This document shows positions 48,101 through 59,865 of a stretch of DNA of 64,000 nt, in pieces. The notes below the pieces were generated by a model that saw only the letters and a program-made list of their open reading frames with translations, had not been told where the DNA came from and did no database searches. Each line of letters starts with the position of its first letter. The first letter of the stretch is position 1. The position numbers and the translations under genes are program-made. Source of the stretch: Azolla caroliniana (Eukaryota > Plantae > Polypodiophyta); contig JBHGNT010000003.1 of assembly GCA_043228905.1 (NCBI GenBank), positions 13,640,001-13,704,000 on the forward strand. The letters are read 5' to 3'.

Positions 48101-51100
48101 ACCCGATTGCCCATTTTGCCGGTTCCGATTTGCTTACTGGCCAATTCCGAATTGTTTTCCGACCGGTTTCGGTTTGCTTACCAGTCGGTTCCGGATTGCT
48201 TTCCTGCCGGTTCTGGTTTGCTTTCCGGCCGGTTCCACATTGCTTACTAGCCAATTCCAAATTGCTTACCGACCGGTTCCGGATTGCTTTCCGGTCGGTT
48301 CTAATTTAGTTTTTTGGTAACTTGGCCACATTCATCCATCTAGACAAAGTGGCCAAAGTGCTCTTAGCACAAATGAAAAATGAGGGATCTTAATGTGGTT
48401 ATATAGCCAGGGCCTTAAGTTTCCTATCTATGTGGGATACTTCAAAATTCTATTTCTCCTATCTTCTCAAACTTCATGTCCACCAAACTTGATATGTAGT
48501 TGTCTATTTTATATGTAGTAAAATGCGTTTTGAAGCATTATTTTTCTACATAGTTTTCATATCGTGTGTGAAAAACCACATGACACCGGAAGCTGTGGGT
48601 CTCACCATTGAAGACGAAGGATCAGGTGTTATCCATCTCCAAGGAACTCCACACGAGAGTGGAAAGAGAAACCGGCCGGAAGCTGAAGGCGGTTCGAGCA
48701 GATAACAGAGGAGAATATCGGGGGCAGTTCGAGGAGTACTGTCGGTCGAAGGGAATCCGGCTCAAGTTTACTGTACCGAAGACGTTGGAATTGAACGGAC
48801 TGGCCGAAAGGATGAACCGGACCATAATGGAGAGAGTTCGGAGCATGCTCGCACACACCAAGTTACCCAAGACGTTTTGGGCTAAGGCGCTGATGACGGT
48901 GACCTATGTGATAAATAAATCACCCTCAGCACCCTTGGAAGGAGACTCACCTCAGAAAGTATGGACCAGTAAAGATGTATCTTACAGGCATCTAAAGGTG
49001 TTCGGGTTTCTCGCATATGTGGATGTTGCAAAGGACAAGAGAGCAAAGCTGGATCTGAAGTCCAGGCCATGCATATTCCTTGGATACGACGATCATGAGT
49101 TTGGTTACCGGGTGTGGGATCTGGTCGACAAGAAGGTGTTCCGGAGTTGGGACATAGTCTTCATGGAAGACAAGACCATTGCCGACTGGGAGTCAGAGAA
49201 GAAGGTGATGAACTCCGGATCATCCAATGAAAACTGGCCTGAGGACACAAGGACCTACCCGGTTGAAAACCGGATGTTGGCCGGTAACTGGATGACGCTC
49301 GACGAACCGGCCGAATTCGGACAAGAAACCGAACCGACCGAAGAAGAAGAAGAGGAAGACGACACCGGAACCGGACAAGATCCCAAATCGGATTCGGATG
49401 AGGGAACAAATGAAGGAACCAGTATTCAGAAACCAAGGACGGAGATATCCTCTCCGAGAGAGAAGATCCCCTCGGAGATTTCCGGATGCAGAGCATGTGT
49501 TGCTAACCGATGAGGGGGAACCGGAAAGCTTCGAAGAAGCAAAGAGAGACACCCACAACCACAAGTCATTGAGTGCCATGCAGGACGAGATGGATTCCTT
49601 GCATGAGAACCACACATACAAACTAACGGAGTTGCCGAAAGGGAAGAGAGCACTCCGGAACAAGTGGGTGTACAAGTTGAAATGGGGAGATGCCGGAAAT
49701 CCACCAAGGTATAAGGCCCGAATCGTGGTGAAGGGCTTCAAGTAGAAGAAAGGAGTGGACTTCAATGAGATCTTTGCCCTGGTAGTAAAGATGGCATCCA
49801 TCCAGACGGTATTGGGCATAATGGCAATCATGGACCTCGAGGTAGAGCAACTGGACGTGAAGAAGACATTCCTCCATGGTGCCCTCAAAGACGAGATGTA
49901 CATGCATCAACCGGAAGGATTTGAGAAGAAAGGGAAGGAGCACCTGGTGTGCTGGCTTAAGAAGAGCCTATACGTACTGAAGCAAGCTCCCTGGCAATGG
50001 TACCAGAAGTTTGACTCCTTCATGACTGACCAAGGGTACCACAAGATGTAGTTTGTGAAGAAATTTGATGGAGGAGATTTCCTGATAGTCCTCCTATATG
50101 TGGATGATATGCTGATTGTTGGATGAGACCAAGGCAAGATTCGGATGCCGAAGAAGGCTCTGAACCAGACCTTCTCAATGAAAGAATTGGGGTTGGCAAG
50201 ACAAATATTGGGAATGCACATCATCCGGGACTGGTCGAAGAAGTTGTTGTGGCTGTCACAGGAGAAGTACGTGACAAAGGTGCTTCAACGGTTCAACATG
50301 TCGGAGGCAAAACCGGTCGGATCGACACTTTCGGCAAATTGCAAGCTATCCGGAAAACAAAGCCCGAGGACAAAGGAGGAGAAGACAGATATGATGAAGA
50401 TACCATATGCCTTTGCCGTCGGGAGCTTGATGTACGCGATGGTATGTACTCGGCCGGATATCGGATATGCAGTCGGAGTGGTGAGCCAGTTCATGAGCAA
50501 TCCCGAAAGAGAGCACTGGAATGCGGTCAAGTGGATACTCTAGTATTTGAAAGGAACCTCAAGTATGTGCTTCTGGTTTGGCTCTGGTAATCCCCAATTT
50601 GACGGATTCACGGATTCAGATATGTCGACTGATGCAGATACCAACTGGTCTACATCCGGATATGTCATGACTTATGCAGGGGGAGCTGTTTCGTGGTAGT
50701 CGAGGCTGTAGAAGACGGTTGCGTTGTCAACCACGGAGGTGGAGTACATGGCAGTTGTAGAAGCCGACAAGGAAATAATCTGGATGAAGGACTTCATCGG
50801 AGAGCTAGGAATCCAACAGGAGGAATACCGTCTCTACTGCGACAGTCAAAGTGCCATCCACCTTGCAAAGAACGCGGCCTACCATTCCCAGACGAAACAT
50901 ATCCAGCGGAGGTACCACTGGATCTGGGAGAGAGTAGAAGATCAAGAGTTCATGCTGACGAAGATCCACATGGAGGAGAACGGGTCGGATATGCTGACCA
51001 AGGTGTTGACAACCGACAAGCTGGATGCGTGCCAAAAGCGGATCGGGCTGACGAGACATCCCATGCCGGAGTGAAGGGGGAGATTGTTGGGAAACTGGTC

Positions 51101-51340
51101 TCTCCGGATGGGATCCGGTGATGAATGAAGAGGACCCGGTGAGAACCGGAAGAGAGGACATATTTGTAAATATGTTTTGAGTAAGCCTATTGAGGCTATA
51201 TTTGTAAATAGCCCTAAGTTCATATAAGTATAAATATGACTTAGGGAAATCACTTAGTATAGTATGTGCATAACTGTTGTACACAGAGAGTGAGAGAGAG
51301 AGAGAGAGAGTGTGTGAGATATAGAGAAATACTCTGTTGT
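44880..51340 (+). mobile_element. Ty1/copia element (same family as 59568-64000), decayed, 3' LTR truncated
   Basis: 5' LTR from 44880 (TGTTGGGAAA), PBS TGGTATCAGAGC at 45445. gag, CCHC, PR, INT, RT and RH motifs with stops. PPT 'gaagggggaga', 3' LTR from 51085. ~304-bp gag tandem duplication (45981/46285). (CA)n at 45103-45169 within the LTR. Confidence 0.93.
47330..48585. mobile_element. Solo-LTR-like insertion splitting the copia integrase
   Basis: TGTCG...TGACA ends and a perfect 4-bp TSD CCGG (47326-47329, 48586-48589). The host frame 'DEHSR|KLW' resumes after it. Shares blocks with 23056-23746. Confidence 0.9.
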
Positions 51341-52542
51341 CGGAAGCGATCGTTTCGTGGTTTGATCTGTTGGACCGGAGCAGCGGCGTGGTTCAGCAAG
51401 TTGTACGTTCATTGATCAAGAGTGTGAGCATGGGAATGAAAAATCAGGTAGTGTGATCAGAGGATGCATTCCACTATTGAGTGTCCTAGGTTCAAGCAAG
51501 TCGTGCATTGTATAGCCTATCGAAACTGGACTTCTTCGGTTTTCTGTAAGGCGCTTCGTAGGGAGCTCATGGAGAAGGGGTTGTTATTTTGAGTGTTATC
51601 CATGGTAAGGACGTGATCGATGACTTGCTCAATCGTCTGTTGAGAAAATTCAAGGAGCGCCAAGGTGGTTCAGAGGGGCTCGCAGAGGGCCATAAGGAAG
51701 TTCTCCTTCAGGTGCTTCTCACTTAGGGATCTGCCTATGAAAGAGGTGAATGAATCTGTCCCGGAGTGTGCTGAATGATGCAAACTCTCCCAAGTCGTGT
51801 TGGGAGTACCGGTTGGCTGCTTGCCCATCGAGAGACAAGTCGAACTCCGCAATCTTCGATGTTTTTGCATTGGCCGCGCCCAAATACTGGGACACATGGT
51901 TAGCTTGCCATGTGGTGAGGGAAGCGCGAACATGTGCTTCTGTGTCAGCACCCTCATTGTATCTAAGGTAGGGGTAGTGCATTGTGTCGATGTCAGAATC
52001 CTCCTATACCACCGAAAAGAGGTTATCATCGGGTTGGTCGACCTTAGAGGTGCTTCCTCTAGTCGAGGTGGGATCGGGAACCATGGCCGATTGGGCGTCC
52101 GCTTCTGGAGGCAACGATTGCGCCGTGAGAGAGGAGTCGATGATGCTCTCTTCCTGTTTGGCACATCAGGACGTTGTCCAAGTGTGTATTCCTTTGGGAT
52201 GCGTCATTACAACAACCACATCTGTCTCCTACGCATGTTCATTGTGGACTCACAACGGGAACCGGGCATGCCAAACTGTGTTACTCCCTCTTGGAGAAAC
52301 ACCTTCGATTACCCCTCCTAAGTAATCAGGTCAAGGTCTTGTGGTGCGAAGGAGAGTTGGGGTTCACAGTGTCCTATCGAGATTGCTAACCGAGTCATTA
52401 CGAGATATATCACTTCCTAGGGCCTGTGATCATTATTTAGACCGTCCCACTTGGGGTGGAATCACAACCGGAGAAATAAGAAGGCTATGATGTGGGATCG
52501 GCCACTATCGAATATGGGTATATAATGGTCGTATTTGTCAAG

Positions 52543-52618
<76 letters not shown>

Positions 52619-53680
52619 ATAGTGCTAAGACAAAGAAAGAGAAAAAATTGAAAGGGAAATATTATATTGCAAAGTAAAATGGATTGCAAGGAGTAGGCAA
52701 CAGAGTGTTATAGAATGGCGTTGAACCAATTTAGTTTTGGGATGACTGATAGATCCCTATTGATAAGTAATATAGAACACTCTGGAATATTCTAGGTCAT
52801 CCTAGAATGTAGAGTAATCTAGAAGGTTTCTAGAGTATTCTAGAAGGTTCTAGCGTATAGAATACTCTAGAATATTCTAGGTCATTTTAGAATGTAGAGT
52901 AATATAGAATTCCTATGATATTAGATTATATATTCTAAAAATTTTACATATAAGAATATTAATACAATGGTTAAGGATTTGACATGTGTATAACAAGGTC
53001 GTGGGTTCAAATCCTTTCGAGGCATGATGTGAGTATCATTATGGCACTATCCCCCTTCTTCGACGACACGTCTCATGGGTCGTAGGGTTTGTACTAGGAC
53101 CTGCTTTATGAGGATATTGGCGATGAAATGCAGTGACCATGTCCGTGGCAATGGAAGGATTTGCGGCAGGTTCGGTCATTGGGGGTATAGCCTAACCACA
53201 CAATGAGATCGACCACCTCTTGAGTAGTAATAGACTTCGTACATGGCAAGAAATGTGCCAGTTTGGTCAATTGATCAACCACTGTGAGCATTGCATCTAG
53301 ACTTCGTACATGGCAAGAAATGTGCCAGTTTGGTCAATTGATCAACCACTGTGAGCATTGCATCTAGACTTCGTACATGGCAAGAAATGTGCCAGTTTGG
53401 TCAATTGATCAACCACTGTGAGCATTGCATCAAAACCTTTCGAAACTGGGAGATCAGTAATGAAATCCAAGGATATAGACTTCCAAGGATTTTCCAGAGT
53501 GGGAAGTGGTTGTAGTAAGCCATAGGATTGATGTCGAGGACTCTTTGATCGACAACATGTATCACAGCTGCGAACATACTCCTCAACAAAATGACGAAGG
53601 CGAGGCCCAATAGTGTTGAGAAATTAATTCTAGATTTTTGCGAACTCCAATATGACCAGCCATTGGTAAGTTATGGCAAT
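51340..53680 (-). mobile_element. Ty3/gypsy remnants: gag, probable LTR (~52400-53046), PPT and integrase fragment
   Basis: gag-like 'YNEGADTEAHVR..WQANH..SLDGQAANRYSQHD..TLRDRFIHLF'. Integrase H2C2/core 'CHNLPMAGHIGVRK..SQHYW' and 'LTVVDQLTKLAHFLPC'. PPT rc 'ctatccccct' at ~53047. (GA)n at 52553-52616. Confidence 0.65.
53231..53431. repeat. Three near-perfect 67-bp tandem copies in the gypsy integrase remnant
   Basis: 'tagacttcgtacatggcaagaaatgtgccagtttggtcaattgatcaaccactgtgagcattgcatc' at 53231, 53298 and 53365. Confidence 0.92.
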
Positions 53681-56600
53681 TGAAAATAATTGCGTACGGA
53701 AGCAATATAGGAAACCGAACAACAGAAAATGCAGGTTTAATGGAAAGCTTAGGTTTGCACAGTACGCACGGGAGAGACAGAGAGAGAGTAAACACAAGAA
53801 CTTAATTCAAAAAGATAATACTCAATCTGTACATAGGATGTGCTCAGTGAGCACTTTTATACAAGCCCTGACAATCGGGCTGACACAAGTACTGACAGTA
53901 CTTGACTGCTCATAAATGAGCCTCGACTCTTACTCCCAAAACTATTCCTTACGAGGAATATCTTTCTAACGGCCTTTCAGTCTACACACCGATACGGCCT
54001 TCCTACGCACAGGTCTACGTACTGGTTTCCAACCGATCCGGCCTAACCGATCGGTCCCAACCGATCCAGTCCTTGGCTTGCTCAGCCGATTCGGCCAATG
54101 TTGAGCTTGTCTCTCAACACTCCCCCTCAAGCTCAAGTTGAGGCTCTTCGGGATCTTCGGGATCACCGCTCCGGTTCCTCCTGGCTCCACGCCTCGCTCG
54201 CGCTCCTCGGCTTGTTCAACTCCGCGCGCTTCGACCCTTCCGGTCGGCTTGTCTGCTCCCATGGCCCTTCACAGCTTCCTTGCTGTTGCGGTGTTGGCGC
54301 TTCTCCTGCTGCCTTCTTTTCCGCTTGGCCCTCGATTGATTCAGTGTATCCGAATCAAACATCCGAACTGACTCAGCTACCTCCGATCGGTTTTCGCTTT
54401 CGTCCGAGTTGGTTGTCTCCAACTCATCTTTGGTCTTCTCACCCTTGACGGCGTTATCTCCCCCATGCTTGGTTGGCTCCGGCTCTTTCTTTTGGTTGCT
54501 CCCCTTATGTTCGCTTTTTGACTCTTCCGCGGATCTGCCGTCGGCTTCTTCAGCCGATTCGAAATTAAATTCGTCATCCGACTTGGCGTCACGGTCTTCT
54601 CTCCCCCTCAAGTTCGGCACGTCGAGGTGACGCAACCCAAGCGCACCCTTGAATTGCCGCAACTTGTCCAGTCCAAGAGACTTGGTGAAGATGTCGACGG
54701 TCTGCCGATCCGTCGGAACATACTCAAGTTCGACTTCACCAGAAAGGACAAGCTCACGGACAAAATGGTAGTGCACCTTAATGTGCTTGGTCCGTGCGTG
54801 GAAAACGGGGTTCTTCGCGAGCTGGATGCTGCTGAGGTTGTCGCAGTAGATCGTCGTCGGATCGGACACCTCCACCTGCAGATCCTTAAGTAGCCGCTTC
54901 AACCATATGGCTTCGCATGTCGCGACAGACGCTCCTCGGTACTCAGCTTCGGTTCTCGACAGTGCAACTGTCGGCTGCTTCTTACGGCTCCACGCTATCG
55001 CGACACTCCCAAGAGAGAATGCGTATCCGGACGTGGATCGGCGATCGGCGACGTTGCCTGCCCAGTCGGCATCAGTGTAGCTGACCAACTGCGGCGGGGC
55101 TGTACCGGTCCGATATAGCAGTCCCCGGTCCTTAGTGCCGCTTACGTACCGCAGTACGCGTTGCGCACATTGAAGGTGGTCCTCGGTAGGTCGCGCCATG
55201 AACTGACTGATCACCCCGACCGGATAACTGAGATTGGGTCGGGTGATTGTCAAGTAGACAACACTTCCGACAATCTGTCGGAACCTCGTCGGGTCGCATA
55301 CCTTGCCGAAATTGGGGCGAAGCTTGAGGATTCTATCCAGGGGAGTCGAGACGGACTTACAATCGACCATCCCGAATTTGAAGAGCATATTCAGCGCGTA
55401 ATGCCGTTGGCTGATCAGTATGCCTTCGGGGGTGCGGATCACTTCGATCCCAAGGAAGTAATGAAGGTCTCCCAGATCCTTCATGTTGAATGATGCCGCA
55501 AGCTGGAGCTTCACGCGGTTGATGTCACCTAGGTCGGTGCCGATGATGACCAAGTCATCAACATAGAGTAAAATACTGACCAGACCGAGTCGACCTTTCC
55601 GGATGAACAAGGAAGAGTCCGATTTTGACGTTGCAAAGCCCATCCGACGCAGTTGATGCGTGATCTTCGCGTTCCAGGCACGCGGGGCTTGCTTCAGTTC
55701 GTAAAGGAACTTCAATCGGCACATTGCCGACGTGTTCGTTCCGAAGTGAAATCTGGGGGGCTGTACCATGTACACCTGTTCCTCAAGCTCACCTTGCAGG
55801 AATGCATTCTTTACATCCATCTGATGTAAGTGCCACCCCTTGGCCACGGCTACCGCGAGCAAAACACGAACGGTCGTCATCTTTGCGACCGTCGCAAACG
55901 TCTCATCATAATTGATGCCGTGTTTCTGCGGGTAGCCTTTTTCCACTAACTGGGCCTTGTATCGGTTGACCAAGCCGTCGGTGCTGTACTTGACCTTGTA
56001 CACCCACCTACATCCGATCGGCTTCACACCCTTCGGTGCGTCAACCAGGTCCTAGGTCTTATTTTCCGCCAATGCGTGCATCTCTTCCTCCATCGATGCA
56101 CGCCAATTCGCGTCCTTAGCTACTTCTGCGTAGCTCTCCGGCTCACGCACTTCCTCTACATGGGTCATGTACGCATAATGATGCGCCATGTACTCGTTGT
56201 ATTCGAACCACACAACTGGGTTCTTCTGGCGGCTAGATCAGCGTAATCGGTCATTAGTCGATGTCGAGGTCTTCTCGGCCAACGTGGACTTCGCTCTTGA
56301 AGACCCGTCACCACTTCCCTCGGAGTTGAACTCACTTCAGTCTGACCCATTCCTATCCGTGCCGGAATCCGACACCTTCTTCTTCCCTTTCTCTTTGCGT
56401 GTAAGCCGTCTCCTCGGCTTCCTGCGCGCGTCCTTAGCTGCTTCTGCGTAGCTCTCCGGCTCACGCACTTCCACTACATGGGTCATGTATGCATAATGAT
56501 GCGCCATGTACTCGTTGTATCCGAACCACACAACTGGGTTCTTCTGGAGGGTAGATCGGCGTAATCGGTCATTAGTCGATGTCGAGGTCTTCTCGGCCGA

Positions 56601-59567
56601 CGTGGACTTCGCTCTTGAAGACCTGTCACCGCTTCCCTCGGAATCGGACTCACGTCGCTCTAACCCGTTCCTATCCGTGCCGGAATCCGACACCTTCTTC
56701 TTCCCTTTCTCTTTGCGCGTAAGCCGTCTCCTCGGCTTCCTGCGCGGGGAATGCATGGCCGAATCTCCACTACTCGCCGCCTCTTCATCGGACTGGTCGA
56801 ACCGACTCAATCGTCCATTCGGTCCACTTAACCGAACCGAAATCGGACTCTCTTCGCGGGTCCCGATTTCAGGTTCATCCGGAGGCATCTCGGCCTTGCT
56901 GACCTCATCGTAAGAACTCAGATTGGAGGTGAGGTCCGGAGTCGAAGGCAAGTACCAGGATGCGGACTCATCAAACACAACGTCACGGCTCACGCACGCT
57001 TGTTTGGTACGCGGGTTATAGCACTTATAACCCTTCTGCTTGTTCGAATAGCCGACCAAGATACACTTCTCGACTTTCGCGTCCAACTTCCTCCTTTTCT
57101 CCTTCGGCACATGTACATACGCAATGCTACCGAAAACTCGTAAGTGTCGCAAGTTTGGCTTCTTTCCGAAGTATAGCTCGTGCGCTGACACTTTGTTTCC
57201 GATCTGGTTCTGGATGTATACCGTGGTCCTTACCGCCTCGGCCCAGTAGAACTTGGGCAAGCTCTTCTCCTCTAGCATTTCCCGTGCCGCTTCCACAACC
57301 GACCGATTTTTCCTCTCGGCCACACCGTTTTGCTTTGGTGTGTATCTACAACTGAATTCGCGCCGAATTCCCATATGTTGTAGATAGCCATTGAATTGAC
57401 CGGAAAAGTATTCTCTTCCGCCATCGGACCGCAAGCACTTGATCTTTCTTCCTGTTTCCGTTTCCACGAACCCTTTGAGGTCCCGGAAATAGTCGAAGAC
57501 TTCACTCTTCCTCTCAATGAGGTAGATCCATGTGTGCCGCGTGTAGTCGTCGATGAAGGAGACGAAATAACGGCTCCCGCCAAGACTAATGTTTTGTGCC
57601 GGCCCCCACACATCAGAGTGTATCAAGTCGAGCTTGTTCCGGCTCCGGTTACGCTCGTTGGGGAAGAGAAGTCAGTGTTGCTTCCCAAGCTGGCAGGCTT
57701 CACAAATTTGTGCCTTCCGGCCACTAAAATTGGGCAATCCGAACACCACCTGTTTAGATTGCAGGTCTTGAAGCCGTTGGTAGTTGACGTGGCCTATCCG
57801 CTTGTGCCATAAGTCGATGTCCGACTCAACTTTTTGTCCCTTCGCGAACATTGCGGTGCCACCGTCAGTAGAGTCGAGGATGAACATCCTCCCATCTCTG
57901 CGCGCTTGCGCAATAACACGACCTTCTTCCTCAATGAAGCACCCGAGGTGTGTAAACCGGACCTCCATCCCTTGGTCGACGATCTGTCCAACCGACACCA
58001 AGTTCTTCGTGATTGTCGGAACGTTTAGCATGTTCATGAGTTTCCCTTTCTGCCCAACATGGCTCAAGGGAACTTCACCGACATTCGTGATCGGATGTGG
58101 ACTGTCGTCTCCAGTTGCGACTACTCTTGGTTGTGTCAGTTTCTCTAGGTACGAGAACCACTCCTTATGGCTCGTCATGTGATTTGACGCGTCGGAGTCG
58201 ACGTACCACACCTCGTCCGATTTCGGGGTGGTCTGCTTCATTGAGTTTGCTTTGTGTCTCGTCACGAAGACTGACCCTTTTCCGGCTTCTCCGCATCCTT
58301 CGACGTAGTGCGATCGTTGCCGATTTCCTTTGTCAGTCTGTTCTCTCTGAATCGGCGCGCTTTTTCCAGCACTCGTTGTCCTTGTGGCCTTTCTTGCCAC
58401 AGTACCAGCATTCCGCAACGGATTTCCCTTGCCGGTTCTCGTCGCCTCGACTTCCCTTGTTTCCGGAGGGTCCGGAATTGCTATCGGCATCACTTCGGTG
58501 CCTTCTTACTTGATCCCGTCGGCCGCCTCCATTGCGTACCGACTCGCCTCGTCCCCCATGACCACAAGGCCTATCTCCCTCCGTGTACAACATCTTGTTG
58601 TCGGCATGCGTGCTTGTCGACGCACCCGCGTGGTTCTCCTCTACCAAGAGCATCGACTATAAGTCAAAAAAGGACGTCGTATTCTCCCGAGTACAAACAA
58701 CAGTTCGGAACGCCCCGAACTTCGATGCCAGACCCCCGAGACAGACCTGGACCATCTCGCTTTCCTCGATGTTCACATCGATGGAAGCTAAGGAGTCGCA
58801 TATGTCCTTAATCCTCGAGGTATAATAAGCCACCGACAAATCGCATTGCCGTAGGTTGCTCAACTCCTGTCGGAGCTGAAGCTTCCTGGCTGTGGTGCTC
58901 GTGGCGAAAATCTTCTTCAGATTTTCCCACGCAACCTTCGACATTTTTGCATCCCGAATGTAGCTTAATAGCTGTCCACCCACACAAGACGCGAAACAAT
59001 ACAACACTCTACTCGCCGATTGTTCCCATGCCGGGAAGTCTTTGTGTGTCGAATCAGGTGCTGTGTCATTTGCTCCATTGACATAGCTCCAGTAACCGTG
59101 TCCAAGCAGGTATTGGTCCATCTTGTAAGACCAAGACGCGTAGTTGTTTTTGTCGAGCTTCTCTGTCAGAAGCGAGATAGCCATTCCTTTGTCCATCGGT
59201 TTTCTTGTTGTTCTTCGTTGGTTTTTTATTTCTTCAAGCAAAGTCGATTGCAGAGGTTCTCAACCCTCGCGCTCTGATACCATGAAAAGAATTGCGTGCG
59301 GAAGCAATATAGGAAACCGAACAACAGAAAACGCAGGTTTAATGGAAAGCTTAGGTTGCACAGTACGCACGGGAGAGACAGAGAGAGAGTAAACACAAGA
59401 ACTTAATTCAAAAAGATAATACTCAATCTGTACATAGGATGTGCTCAGTGAGCACTTTTATACAAGCCCTGACAATCGGGCTGACACAAGTACTGACAGT
59501 ACTTGACTGCTCATAACTGAGCCTCGACTCTTACTCCCAAAACTATTCCTTACGAGGAATATCTTTC
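53681..59567 (-). mobile_element. Young Ty1/copia element whose 5' LTR is interrupted by another copia
   Basis: 3' LTR 53681-54119. 5' LTR from 59283, nearly identical, broken at 59567. PBS 'gctctgatacca'. gag 58657-59241, PR, INT 56337-57626, RT-RH ORF 54216-56027. 318-bp tandem duplication ~56109-56744. Confidence 0.95.
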
Positions 59568-59832
59568 TGTTGAAAAACAGTGCTCGGCCACACCCGAGGA
59601 ATAGGATCAACTCACAGAAAAACGGGAAATACAAAGTGCACGAGGACAATAGAGAGAAAGGTACACTGGATGTTTTACGTGGAAAACCCTAAATGGGAAA
59701 AACCACGGGAGTCCTCAAACTCCAACTATTACTATGAACAGAGATGTACACAGGTGAAGCTACAAGGCAACAACCTTGAGCTCACTGTCTTCGCCACAGG
59801 CGGCGGTAATACACAGAGGCGACGACCTCTTC

Positions 59833-59865
<33 letters not shown>

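Noticed and set aside
52960-53025. Functional tRNA gene
   Set aside because: It has A/B-box-like motifs but no proper acceptor or anticodon stems, so it is reported only as a tRNA-like motif.
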